A stretch of DNA of 64,000 nt from Paramoeba atlantica (Eukaryota > Protista > Discosea), in assembly GCA_977017575.1 (NCBI GenBank), contig CDRNVI010000010.1, positions 124,001 through 188,000 on the forward strand. Direction: 5' to 3'. Each line of letters starts with the position of its first letter. Position 1 is the first letter of the stretch. The notes beneath the pieces are model-generated. The model saw only the letters and a program-made list of their open reading frames with translations, was not told the origin of the DNA and ran no database searches. This document shows positions 10,421-22,471 of the stretch, one piece after another. Both the position numbers and the translations under genes were made by a program.

Positions 10421-10969
10421 CTCCCCCTCTCATTATTTTCTATAAATATAAATTATAACAAAACTTAAAATAGATATTTAGATTTATAATTATAAAAATT
10501 AATGAGAGAGGGTAGGTGGAAGGAGGGTGATATACAACACTTTAGATGATAGGATGAACCAATTTGTTTCGCCGTAAGGATAGATTGCGGGTAAGCGGGG
10601 ATGATAATTATGAGATGTTAACTATAAATATTTGCTTAAGCGCCAATAGAGTAATGAAGGGAGGGCTAATGTACAAAAGACGGATCTGTACTTTCTGGAG
10701 AAAATTCTTTCGGTCCCTTCGTCTCCACAAACGTGATTATGCGCTGATTTCTACGAATTTCTTCGTGATCAGCGATGCGCTGCGGGGAAAAATAAAAGCC
10801 AAGCCCGTTGTCCGAAGTGCGGTCCAAACGTTTCGGGGATATAGAAATAATGTACTTTAGAAAACCTTAAAAGGATATGACTCGGAACAAAATTATAAAG
10901 TTTTGCAGAAATATAAATTTTTGCAAAAAAATACCAAAGGTCATTTACGAAAATTAATGAGAGGGGGAG
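10421..10969. mobile_element. MITE family A (549 bp), Tc1/mariner-type, TA target duplication
   Basis: TA|CTCCCCCTCTCATTATTTTC ... GAAAATTAATGAGAGGGGGAG|TA inverted termini; the same left end recurs at 62514. Confidence 0.85.
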
Positions 10970-10994
10970 TACATGTTCTACATTACTACAAGAA

Positions 10995-12437
10995 CTACCA
11001 TTCCATCCCCTGTATTCGCATAGGATATCGTTTCTGAGAGGAGTCCAATTGAATAGGACCAACACTACAAAAGAACGAGGGGGAACGTTCACTTTCAGAT
11101 TCAACAGATGCATTCTGTTTATCTGAGTGCAGCCGATCCGTTGAATTCAAATTCGTACTTGTACTCAGTTTAAGTAATCCTCGAACAATCGGTGCAGTGT
11201 CCGGAGTACTAACCGTTGATTCAAAGAAAAAATGAGGGTTCTCAGAAGTACATTGAATAGGTGTACCCAAAGGACCACAATTCGTCACTTTTCGTAACGA
11301 CTCTGCGCCTGGTTCATACAAGAAAAGATGGAATTCGTCTACCTGAGCCCAATCTGATAAATTTTCAGCGGGTGACGGAGATTTACTCTCTTCCAACGGT
11401 GTGTTAGAGGCACCTTTCAGTCCGTGAAATTCGAATTTCAGACAAAATCGATATCGAAATTGAACCGCATCCGAATCGCTGTGAATACATTTTCCCTGGA
11501 ATAATATGTTCACCCATGTATTCGTAGATGCGGAACTTTCCATTTTCAATATTTTCAGATCTTCGCAGCGCTGCTCCAAACTTGTTTCGAACGTTAAACC
11601 TTGAGAAGAGTCAGACTTTGTAATGACTTGTCCCGACCCCAAGTCTACATTTTTCTCATGAATAAAATCTTTTCCATTGCAAAACGCATCCACAAATGGC
11701 ATAGTGTCCATCGAAACAGATCTCTCGAATGCAGGAAATCTTCGCAGACCGCCATGGGGTGTACTTGAGGCACCGCAGTGTTCGATATTTGCACTCGTAG
11801 AGCTCTTGGCTACATCTCTGAAATTTTTGTATGAATTGATGATACCGATTGATGATGATTGGGAGGGGTTGTGGGATCCAGCCGTGACTGGAGATTGGCT
11901 TTGTGCTTTTGTGCCACAATCCGAGGCGTCTGACTCAGCCGCCTTTTTAGTGAAGAGAGTTGCTGGTGTGGGGGGAAAAGTAGTTTCGACGTTGTCAAAG
12001 AATTTCATGTCGTGAAATTGCTTGGCCAGCCAAATGGATTTTCGAACCTTCATGCTTGTATCTGTGAGATTACTGTTGAGAGAACTCACGAATTCTGCTC
12101 TAAAAGCGTCGCGCAGCACTTTTTCAGCTGTAGAAGAAGAAAATCCATCCTTTAAAACTTTCTTTTGGTCGAATGGTGTGCTACCCTCACACGATTGCGA
12201 GCCGTTATTAGAAGAATGTATTATTTGTGATTCACGATCAAGAATACGTAAAGCAATGGTGGAGATGCATGGGTTTCGGCCTACCAGGGTCTCTATCATA
12301 GCTAGAGATCTGACCCCGATGTTGCTTGACGCCTTAATAAGAGATCGATACAATGAGCATGTCAAAGATCTGTCAAAGGGACTGCTTTGCGCCAGTTCAC
12401 TATTGCGCCTCTTTGAACCGAGGAATAAGATGCTCAT
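10995..12437 (-). CDS. Hypothetical protein (480 aa)
   Basis: Long ORF co-oriented with the cluster; no motif recognised. Confidence 0.7.
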   Translation of the reverse strand: MSILFLGSKRRNSELAQSSPFDRSLTCSLYRSLIKASSNIGVRSLAMIETLVGRNPCISTIALRILDRESQIIHSSNNGSQSCEGSTPFDQKKVLKDGFSSSTAEKVLRDAFRAEFVSSLNSNLTDTSMKVRKSIWLAKQFHDMKFFDNVETTFPPTPATLFTKKAAESDASDCGTKAQSQSPVTAGSHNPSQSSSIGIINSYKNFRDVAKSSTSANIEHCGASSTPHGGLRRFPAFERSVSMDTMPFVDAFCNGKDFIHEKNVDLGSGQVITKSDSSQGLTFETSLEQRCEDLKILKMESSASTNTWVNILFQGKCIHSDSDAVQFRYRFCLKFEFHGLKGASNTPLEESKSPSPAENLSDWAQVDEFHLFLYEPGAESLRKVTNCGPLGTPIQCTSENPHFFFESTVSTPDTAPIVRGLLKLSTSTNLNSTDRLHSDKQNASVESESERSPSFFCSVGPIQLDSSQKRYPMRIQGMEW

Positions 12438-12664
12438 CGTATTTCTAAGGATGAACTCTTCGCGAATGCAGCTTAATGGTTTCCCGCAAGGCGTTAGTAT
12501 TTCTTAGAAATGTCGCTAATACTTCATATGTAACTGCAATATATTTCGCATTAAAAAAGGACTATTCCATAGGTGTATACTTTCTTCTTTTCCAAGATCA
12601 TTCAACTAACACCAATAATAATGAGAAAACAATTTTCTCTTTTAGTTATCAACATTTTCTTTTT

Positions 12665-13885
12665 TTATCGCATTGCCTTCTGCATTGAGTATTTTTCTAA
12701 TCTGCATTCGGAAAGCAGCTGAAATATCCAGCTCCAAGTAACATCATCTAAATTTGTGTTGTTACGCGGGCACATGTTCAAAAGAGAAAGAACTTCGTTC
12801 ATGAATGCAGAAGAGTAGGGAGGTGCGACAACGCGAGATAAAGCCCGAATAAAAGTAAAGAGCATAGAAGAATGTGTTTCCTCACTACATAACTGACCGA
12901 CAAATAGAAGAACAGGAATGGTAAGACATCGTATTCGAAGTAGTACTAGAAGAGCCTGAAGTACAACATCCGTAAAAAGAAAGGCAGTGACGTCCACATT
13001 GAGAACATAATAAAACAGCGTATGGTATTGTCGAGCGGAAGTCAACCAATACATGACACGCTCTTGTGCATCGCGTTTAAGAAAGCTAGTGCTGTATATA
13101 GTCGGGAATGAACTTTCCGAACAAGTAAGCATCCTTGATAAGGAGGAAACAGCGGGCAATGCGGATTCTCCCCAACAATTCAAAATGAGCTGAAGGTGCA
13201 GACGATCACAAGCTAGCCACGAGTCTTCTTCAGAACTCTTGTACGTGGACATGTATTGTTCTACGGAATTCTCCTTAATGGTTTCGTTAGCAGCTAATGT
13301 TGAATAAAGAAAGGCCTCTGTACCTTCATGTGACTCTTTGGAGGTGATGAAAGGAAATACGGATTCCATGTACGATCGTCGTATGATGTGACCAGAACAT
13401 AGTCCATGGGTTCTATTTTTCAATTTTTGAGAGACAAGACAACATGTTCTTACTTCGTCAATTTCAATCGTAGAACCACTTTGCAAACAGTTTTGTAGAT
13501 GAAGGAGAAAAACGAATTCATTGCCATAACAGGCTTGCGTAGCAACTGCGGCGTCTGCAAAAAATGAGACACTCTCTTTTCCCCCCTTGATAATGTTTGT
13601 GGACCTATCGTAAATAGAGAGCAAGCGACATAATAATTCCCCTAAAACCGTGTCACCATATTTCATATAGAAATTCTGCAAAGGTCGCGGAAGCGGTAGT
13701 TCTAATATTTCACTCAAAAAGGATACAGTTTGTTCGCAGGCTTCGTCCGAAAAACTCGGCAAGCTCAGGATAGAGTTTAGGCTGTAGAATGCGGACTCTA
13801 AAAGAAACTCTGACAGATGTTCGTCCATCGAGTAAGCAGGTACCAGCTTCTGATCTTCTTGGACATCTTCCATCCTGTCACTCAA
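12665..13885 (-). CDS. Helical protein with a C-terminus resembling NELF-C/D (TH1)
   Basis: 406-aa ORF; IPVLLFV...SMLFTFIRALSRVVAPPYSSAFMNEVLSLL aligns by eye with the TH1 C-terminal LPVVSYI...[30 protein letters not shown] (recalled from memory). The ORF is secure, the identity tentative. Confidence 0.5.
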   Translation of the reverse strand: MSDRMEDVQEDQKLVPAYSMDEHLSEFLLESAFYSLNSILSLPSFSDEACEQTVSFLSEILELPLPRPLQNFYMKYGDTVLGELLCRLLSIYDRSTNIIKGGKESVSFFADAAVATQACYGNEFVFLLHLQNCLQSGSTIEIDEVRTCCLVSQKLKNRTHGLCSGHIIRRSYMESVFPFITSKESHEGTEAFLYSTLAANETIKENSVEQYMSTYKSSEEDSWLACDRLHLQLILNCWGESALPAVSSLSRMLTCSESSFPTIYSTSFLKRDAQERVMYWLTSARQYHTLFYYVLNVDVTAFLFTDVVLQALLVLLRIRCLTIPVLLFVGQLCSEETHSSMLFTFIRALSRVVAPPYSSAFMNEVLSLLNMCPRNNTNLDDVTWSWIFQLLSECRLEKYSMQKAMR

Positions 13886-13970
13886 AAAATGGCTATCTCT
13901 CTACGGGTACATTACGAAGAAAAATATTTCTTGTATGAGAAGCAAAAAAAAACAAGAATGAAGAGTACTA

Positions 13971-14266
13971 CTATCCCCCCCTATTTAATAGGGCTACGTG
14001 CGACCCCCCTTTAATAGGGCCATTTTGACTGGAAGGCCAAAATATATTTCAGGGAAGGCCAAAAAGTTTGTCGAATCCGCAGCTAAGCGGCGGATTTTTT
14101 TTCCGTGTCCGCTCCAGCAACAAAAAGTGTAACAAAAGGGAGCAGGACCTTGTTTAACAACGAAAAAAAAGCGCCGATTTTTCTCCCTCATATTATTTTC
14201 CATTTACCCTCCCTTTAAAAGGGCATTTTGCCCAAAGTCGGTGTCCTATTAAATAGGGGGGAATAG
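13971..14266. mobile_element. MITE family B (296 bp)
   Basis: TA|CTATCCCCCCCTATTTAATAGG ... CCTATTAAATAGGGGGGAATAG|TG inverted termini; the left ~70 bp recur at 62570. Confidence 0.8.
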
Positions 14267-14779
14267 TGCGTCATTCGGTGTGCCTTGGCATTATTGCGGT
14301 ATATTTTTGGAAAAATGAGTGAGTCACTCATGACTCACTTCGCGGCGCATTTCCCGTCCGGAAGTATACAGTAGAGGTAGTATACAGTAAAAGGGGGGAT
14401 GATTCTTCATCTGTATGAAAACGGAAGTATAAAGGGGGGTGACAGTATTACCTTATTTTCTGGTACTTTGACTATACTTCCATGAATACCTGAAATCTTG
14501 GCAGCTATTGACAGTCCACAACTGGAATAGTAAGAAATATGCTATATAAATAGCTGTACGAGCAGCTTCCTAGACCAATAGGAATATGGACAGTATGAAT
14601 TCACCAGCAAATAATGGTTCTGAATAATGGTTCTGAATTCGCGTCATACTGCAATCATGCTGGGTCCGAGTTACCCAAGATGTTGAGGCGGCATGTTGAA
14701 TCAACAGTGAAGTATGAGTTCAAAATAGTGCGAAAAGATTCAGCTTTTCTACTAACATGTTCGCACATTATTGCAAAGC

Positions 14780-15535
14780 CTAGTTCGAACTACGATTTCG
14801 CACACAAGTGGGTACGTGAGACTTCATATCTGGGAAGGATGGCAAGGTCGCACCACACCATAGACAGTTCATTGGACCGTTCTCAAGACCGTGGTACTTT
14901 ACTTTCTGTGTTTCATCCAACGCTGTGATTCGACCATTAGAAATCAAGTCGTTCCACACGTGTGTGGATTCTAGAAAGAACTGCGTCCCAAATGAGTTGT
15001 AATGTTTCTTCTTTTTCAGACAAGATCCCTGGAGATCCAGCGACATTACATGCATGTGCAGTGGACGCAACGACGGAATGGCATGAAACCCGGTGATAAA
15101 TTTATATTTCGGAAACTGTGACCTTAACCCGTGTTTCAGATGTTGACCGAGTTGCAACATTCCGTGGAGCATATTTACATGGTTTTTCGAATCCGCACGC
15201 AATCGAGTTAAGGTGTCAAACTGCGTGTTGGAAGGCAACACTAGCAGATGATAGCGAGATTTAGGGAATTGGTCGTAGAGCACCAAGTAGTTCCCGGATG
15301 CGAGGTAGAGGGCTCGGGTGTGACCGGTGGATTGGTACTCCTCAACAGCTCTCATAAGTGCGTGGAGTCCGTCGTTTCGTGAAGTGTCCAGAGGCGGGGG
15401 TCCGTTGTAGGCGGGAAGAGGTGAGAGGGTCGGGGCTGCGGTCGTGAAACGACGCAGAGTTGGGTAGTAGGACAGCGAGTTGCTGAATGAGCATGCCAAT
15501 ACCCTCGCACTACGAGGGTACACGGACATGCACAA
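14780..15535 (-). CDS. APTX: Aprataxin-like HIT hydrolase with C-terminal zinc finger
   Basis: YDQFPKSRYHLLVLP, GFHAIPSLRPLHMHV (HIT), LKKKKHYNSF and CLWCG...HVPTC. Confidence 0.85.
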   Translation of the reverse strand: MCMSVYPRSARVLACSFSNSLSYYPTLRRFTTAAPTLSPLPAYNGPPPLDTSRNDGLHALMRAVEEYQSTGHTRALYLASGNYLVLYDQFPKSRYHLLVLPSNTQFDTLTRLRADSKNHVNMLHGMLQLGQHLKHGLRSQFPKYKFITGFHAIPSLRPLHMHVMSLDLQGSCLKKKKHYNSFGTQFFLESTHVWNDLISNGRITALDETQKVKYHGLENGPMNCLWCGATLPSFPDMKSHVPTCVRNRSSN

Positions 15536-15884
15536 ACAAGAAGAGTATTCGTTTCTGTTGTAGAGATGAGAAAAGCGTAAAATAAAGGGAGTTAAAATTT
15601 AGCATAAGATGTGACGCGAGATCCACTGGTATCTGAAATACAGTGTAGATGTGATCAGAAATACAATGTATGTGTTCTCAAATTGAATAAGAGACGTAAC
15701 ATGTCGAGAAGCTTTTTATTTTGATTTTTGATAAAAGTGTCACCGTAAAGTTGAAAGATTTTTCAGCTGTACCTGCCCGTTGCCGAAAGTGTGGACCAAT
15801 CAAAGTTTGTAGTGGCCTTCAAATGTATAGGAGTCGAAAAGAACTTGTTCTGTCGCGAATGACACTCGTAAGAAACCGATCATC

Positions 15885-17282
<1,398 letters not shown>

Positions 17283-17461
17283 TTAGATGCTAAAAAAAAC
17301 TAGGTGTATAGCAAAAGATAAGAGTTCGTGCTTTCGTACGTTTCGGATATTCAACATTAAAAGACAACGGCGAGAAGGGATAGAAACCAGGCGATTTTCT
17401 CTAAAAAAGAGTTTTAGTCTTCCAAAACGAGCTATAGACATGAAGTTTTTTTTGCACGAAG

Positions 17462-17986
17462 TCATAGTCTTTGTATTCGAAGCTTTTCTTTCAATAATTG
17501 TGCTATATGCTTTTTTCTCCATGCCTCAATGGGCTGCGCCTCAATCGAATTACGCTCCAATAGAGTCTTGATCTTAGCATCTCTGTCCGCGTCTGTGGTG
17601 CTATACATTCCTGTGCATTTGCGCTCCTCTCGGAGCGTGTCATGGGACCAGCGCAACATTTCCTTCGTGGAGGGATGCGTAAATAAGACCCCACCGTCCT
17701 CCAGCGCGTACGGAACCCAATGCTTTGACATTGTGCGGTGAACATCCGAAAGAGGACCGTCTCTACTCCCGTTAGGACGCGGTCGTTGTATGTCATGCCT
17801 GGGTGCAATATCCACGGATCTATTTTTTCGAGTTGTCATTTTTCCTACACCATACCCGTAAGGTCCGTACGTGCGATAGGCATGGTTGTATGACCTCCCT
17901 TTTCTTGATCCACTAAGGGGATGCTTTCCTCTATCAATTTGCGTGCTTTTGGTTCCCCGCAATCGAGATATCGAAGCTCGAAGCAT
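17462..17986 (-). CDS. Small basic, probably mitochondrial protein (possible mitoribosomal protein, mL42-like)
   Basis: 174 aa; presequence-like MLRASISRLRG; ALEDGGVLFTHPS is reminiscent of mL42. Product is tentative. Confidence 0.6.
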   Translation of the reverse strand: MLRASISRLRGTKSTQIDRGKHPLSGSRKGRSYNHAYRTYGPYGYGVGKMTTRKNRSVDIAPRHDIQRPRPNGSRDGPLSDVHRTMSKHWVPYALEDGGVLFTHPSTKEMLRWSHDTLREERKCTGMYSTTDADRDAKIKTLLERNSIEAQPIEAWRKKHIAQLLKEKLRIQRL

Positions 17987-18120
17987 ATTGTAGAATCTTA
18001 AGAATATGATGTTTTTGAAAACAAATTAGTGTTTTAGCATTCAGCTAAGTTTAGCAGATTTGGTTTTGAAATAAAGACGGTGCTGTGTATCAAATCCCAA
18101 ACTCGACAAAAACAAGATTG

Positions 18121-19716
18121 CTATTCGTCAACATAATTGGAATCTTGACTCCCATGTTCTCTCTTTTTTAGAAACCGTGGAAGTAGGGTAGTGTACGTAA
18201 GGGATGCAAGAGATGAAGTAATAATTACTGCAAGCATGCAAACGAGGTAAATATCACTTGCGCGTTGCTTTCCCACCATGAGCGCTTCTTGTTCCAAGGG
18301 ATCGTCACAGAACACCTGGTTCTCAAAATATAACAGAGGAACAATGGCTTGAGCAGCTTGCGTAGTTGCTTTACCTCCCCAGAGAATTGCTGAACACATT
18401 CTTTCCGAAAGGCTCACATTTGGAAGAATGAACAATAATAGAAATGTAACGCCGATCCGCGTCATTAGTCCAACAGCTAAGCACGGAGCAGCCATGCGAA
18501 GAAAGCTCCACCTGAAAAGATCACGAAATACTATTTGTGCCCCCACGAGTGCGAAAAGTATCGGCAGTGTGATTTGCTCCCAAATCCAAATAAAGTAGTA
18601 TCGCAGCTCTCGAAGCGTTCCGTATTCAAAAGAATTTTCGTTCGTTTCCAGAACATGTACAAGACTTGCACACATGGAGAGCACCGCGAGAGAAGCTCCA
18701 CCTACAAGACCTTTTCTACTTCCAAAGAACACAATGCTACAAGAAACGAGCAAGACATAGATGCTAAAAAAGTTTTTTGCGGATATCGAGGCATCTTTAT
18801 TCTGACGTTTGATTTGAAGTATCCCAACTCCCACGAGGGCAGTAAACGCGCCCAATAAGATTCCCCCAAAAGTTTGGGCCACAACAAACAGCGTAACGAG
18901 CTGTGGGCTCCATTTGTTGGTGCCAATCTCCACAAAAAACCCAATCATGGAAATCCCAAGAGCTGCGTCCAGGGAAGACGCTTTCTCTAGAAGACTCCCG
19001 AGCACGGGAGCAACCCCTCGTGAGCGGACATGCGCAACGGAGGCTAGAACGATTGCGGGGGATATCGGAGAGCACAGAAATCCCTGAAGAAACGCAAACC
19101 ATGTGTGGTAGCCACAAAAATACTTTGCGACCAGCGCGTGTGTCCCAGCCTCAGCAAGCAAGGGTAGCGTCCCTAACAAAAGAACACTCCCCCGTGTTCC
19201 CCAGAGCGATTTCCACGAGAGGAGCAAACCGGCCCGTAGTAAAATAATGCAGAGCCCAAATTGCTGTACCACACGAGTGACTTGATGGACCGTTCGTGAT
19301 TTCTGAGAGGAGAGAAAGAACAGATTGTTAAACAGTGCCCCGCTTAACAAGATACAAAGTAGTGAGGGCAGCCCGGTAAAGCAGTGAACAAGACCGCCTA
19401 ACAGAGTTGCAACCAGCACAACACAGGAGGTGTCAAAAGGAACCGTTCCTGTAGAGGTGATCTCCGAAGGTAACACATTCCATGCACTGAACCAAACAAG
19501 AGCTAAGAAAAGGATTCGAATCACAAGACATGCGAAATCGATACGTACGCCGTTACCATGCACAGTCACGATGCAACGAGCAAGTGGTTGGCATTGTACA
19601 CTCCAACGGGGCTGTGTGGAATCCGAGAACGTGGTCTTCGGACAGTACCATGGGGTAATGCTGTCCTTATGAGGACAGAAGACATTCTCCTCAGTCATAC
19701 ACGTTTTTCTACTCAC
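18121..19716 (-). CDS. Na+/H+ antiporter, NHA/SLC9B-type
   Basis: Multi-pass membrane protein with IILLRAGL, SPAIVL, ASSLD, PILFALVGAQI and KATTQAA. Confidence 0.85.
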   Translation of the reverse strand: MSRKTCMTEENVFCPHKDSITPWYCPKTTFSDSTQPRWSVQCQPLARCIVTVHGNGVRIDFACLVIRILFLALVWFSAWNVLPSEITSTGTVPFDTSCVVLVATLLGGLVHCFTGLPSLLCILLSGALFNNLFFLSSQKSRTVHQVTRVVQQFGLCIILLRAGLLLSWKSLWGTRGSVLLLGTLPLLAEAGTHALVAKYFCGYHTWFAFLQGFLCSPISPAIVLASVAHVRSRGVAPVLGSLLEKASSLDAALGISMIGFFVEIGTNKWSPQLVTLFVVAQTFGGILLGAFTALVGVGILQIKRQNKDASISAKNFFSIYVLLVSCSIVFFGSRKGLVGGASLAVLSMCASLVHVLETNENSFEYGTLRELRYYFIWIWEQITLPILFALVGAQIVFRDLFRWSFLRMAAPCLAVGLMTRIGVTFLLLFILPNVSLSERMCSAILWGGKATTQAAQAIVPLLYFENQVFCDDPLEQEALMVGKQRASDIYLVCMLAVIITSSLASLTYTTLLPRFLKKREHGSQDSNYVDE

Positions 19717-20145
19717 GAAGTACCATACGAAATCTCCTTGTCACCGAATTCAGAAGAGGGACATTGTTAATGGGCACCGGGAAGAGCACGTGACGCGAGC
19801 ATTGAAGCGTATCGAAAGAGAAATGCCCACTGATCTAAAAAATACATTGTGGTATTACGGTGATTCTAAATATAAGGTGGTTTATAACCGCCGTTCTATC
19901 CTCGATGATTGAAAACAAAGAGACAAAACGGCAAAAAAAGGAGTAACACAATAAAAGAATATAAACCGCCGTGTAGTTTACTGTACACGGTAACTGGGTA
20001 TAGACACACTAACATTTTCACAAAAAAGTAAAAAAATACAGTTTGAATCGCATTGGGGTGTTTGGCAATGCGAATTATTAACACTAGCCCTATAAAATGG
20101 CATAGTCCAACAGCATACCTTGATGCAAAATTGAATCACTCCGAT

Positions 20146-20817
20146 TTATGAAGGGTATGCGGGATGCGTGCCTTGAATAACAAGTGAACTGCCTTGTAAA
20201 ATCAAGCGTTCCATTTTTTCAGGCAAATCCGATACGTCCACTTCTCCTTCAAAATTATTGTTTTGCAAGTAAAGCATTCGAAGAGTAGAAGGCAAATTAT
20301 GAAAAGATAATTGACCGGAAAATTTATTTTCATGGAGCCACGCATTTTTAATTTCTGGTGGTAAGTCCTGAAGCACTATTGTCCCGCTTAGTTTGTTGCG
20401 ATATAAGGATAGCGTTTTAAAAGTTTGTGGAAGAGAGCTAAGAACAAGTTCTCCGTAGAACCCGCATGCGCTAGCGTATAAAACCTCCAAGAAATTTGGC
20501 AAGGCCATGTAATCTATTGTTTGACTCAAAATGTTTTCAGAAAGCCTTAGTGCTGTCAGGTGGCGGGGTAAGAAGCTCCAAGCGACAGTACCCTTCAAGC
20601 CTTTTCTTAGCCAAGAAATTTCCTTTACGTGTCCCGATTCATCGCACCTAACACCCTCCCATTTGTCAATGGGAGTCGTCGCGTTCCAATTGTATACCGG
20701 GTGCGTCACGTTTTGCAGAAACCTGCAGAGCTGAAGCTCGGGAGCCATTGTGATTTTACTTACTTTACCGAGACGAGAGGTAGAATACGAGTCCGCAGAT
20801 AAACAGGTGGCTGCCAT
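20146..20817 (-). CDS. Leucine-rich repeat protein with N-terminal LRR cap
   Basis: WEGVRC cap, then repeats such as LPRHLTALRLSENILS, LPQTFKTLSLYRNKLSG and LPSTLRMLYLQNNNFEG. Confidence 0.9.
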   Translation of the reverse strand: MAATCLSADSYSTSRLGKVSKITMAPELQLCRFLQNVTHPVYNWNATTPIDKWEGVRCDESGHVKEISWLRKGLKGTVAWSFLPRHLTALRLSENILSQTIDYMALPNFLEVLYASACGFYGELVLSSLPQTFKTLSLYRNKLSGTIVLQDLPPEIKNAWLHENKFSGQLSFHNLPSTLRMLYLQNNNFEGEVDVSDLPEKMERLILQGSSLVIQGTHPAYPS

Positions 20818-20993
20818 TACTGTTCTAAAGATATCAGTAGTAGACTTGGATGCTGCTTTATGTGTTTACAGTAAGATATTTAATTACGGTATCATTTCAT
20901 TACGGTGTCATTTATTAATAGATGGTGAATTAAGAAATAAAACGTTTACAAGGCACAACTCTATGGCGTAATCTACTCTAAAGGTGCAACGTT

Positions 20994-22238
20994 TCACGGG
21001 CTTAAGAGCATAAGAATGACTACCAAACAAGCACAAATGGTGAAAGGACAAGCGACGTAAAGAAAGAATATCAATAAAGAGACCTCGTGGGTCATGTAGT
21101 GCCGCATGCTGAAGATAAGACCAAGCTGGATCGCTGTTGGACAACATACCTGGACGAGATACACGAGATGCAGCACACGCCATCGGGGCAATGTACTGCG
21201 AAATAGGTAAAAGAAAGACAGGCCCAAACCAAGCGGAACGACAAGAAGACGCAGTACGGTGACGACAAACACAACCCTGGGAGGAAGAGGAAAGGGTTTA
21301 GCAGGAGTGCTGCCCTGTACTTCGGAATTCGAGACTGTGCCTTCCCTACTCTCCGATACCTCTTTCCGTACCTCTAGGAAAGTGAGATAGAGATTAGCTC
21401 CAAGGAGAACGAGAGTCAGGGGAACGGTACCCTCCCCGACCACGCGCAGAGCGGCATAGAACACATAGAGATATCCACTCTCTGAGTCGGTAAAGTGCCG
21501 CTGTAGCGAGGGTATGGCTAAGACAATAAGCGTTAGAATCGCGGCGACAAAGGGCGCATTGACGCACTGTCTTAAAATCTCGAAAGTGCTTTTGTGTTTC
21601 AGGCAAAAGCTGGACCACCAGGCTCTTAGCGTTTTTGTTGTCGACGCGGATCCATTTTGCTGCGCATCACTCTGCCCTTCCTGTCCATTCGTGACCAAAA
21701 GCGTTCCCTCCTCGAAGCTACTGATTCGTTTCCTTTGCTCTTTTTTCTCATATTCAATGACATAAGTCCCTATGAACCACATAAATGGAGTCATGAATAC
21801 ATGAAACACGAAGCACAATGAAATGGCCAATTCCAGATCTTCCCGAATCCACGGGATATTGGTTGCCAGAGATTGCAGGATATTGATAGGAAAACTGATT
21901 GTGTTGTTGAACGTTACACACAACATAGCGAGAGGTCGAAACTTCGTCGGAAGAAGACAAGTGGCCGCGAGAAAGGTCAGCAGTGAGGAACCCACCACAA
22001 CGTAACACACACAAACCGGAAGTAGCCATGAGTCCTCAAGCTGATGAATACTGAGAGCACCCACAATCGATGAGAATGTAAGTGCCGGGGTCATAATGGT
22101 GGCACTTACCTGGGCGATGGCCGATAGAGCCTTCTTCTCCGGTTTGCACACCCACGCAAAGTACACCCCGCTGGCGACAATAAGCATAAGCTTTACCACA
22201 GCGGTAACGACGTGGACCGCAACTTGGATCATTCTCAA
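20994..22238 (-). CDS. Auxin-efflux-carrier family (PILS-like) membrane transporter
   Basis: Two hydrophobic bundles around a hydrophilic loop; PALTFS, FNNTISFP, GEGTVPLTLVLLGANL, CPTAIQL. Confidence 0.85.
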   Translation of the reverse strand: MRMIQVAVHVVTAVVKLMLIVASGVYFAWVCKPEKKALSAIAQVSATIMTPALTFSSIVGALSIHQLEDSWLLPVCVCYVVVGSSLLTFLAATCLLPTKFRPLAMLCVTFNNTISFPINILQSLATNIPWIREDLELAISLCFVFHVFMTPFMWFIGTYVIEYEKKEQRKRISSFEEGTLLVTNGQEGQSDAQQNGSASTTKTLRAWWSSFCLKHKSTFEILRQCVNAPFVAAILTLIVLAIPSLQRHFTDSESGYLYVFYAALRVVGEGTVPLTLVLLGANLYLTFLEVRKEVSESREGTVSNSEVQGSTPAKPFPLPPRVVFVVTVLRLLVVPLGLGLSFFYLFRSTLPRWRVLHLVYLVQVCCPTAIQLGLIFSMRHYMTHEVSLLIFFLYVACPFTICACLVVILMLLSP

Positions 22239-22471
22239 GTGACTTTGTGATGTGTAGATGCGAACGACGTGAAAACGGGAGATTTACTGAAAGGTGATCA
22301 GTAGTGCGTGAAATCTCATATCCACGGGTATAAGAATAGGTAAACTTCTTCTTAGTGGTATTCCATTGAGATTACAATCATCTTGCACTTCGAAATGTGA
22401 TGCATACAAATACATGTATCATGTAAGACAAAAAATCGCCTACATTTTGTCCCCAACAGAACCTCCCAGGG

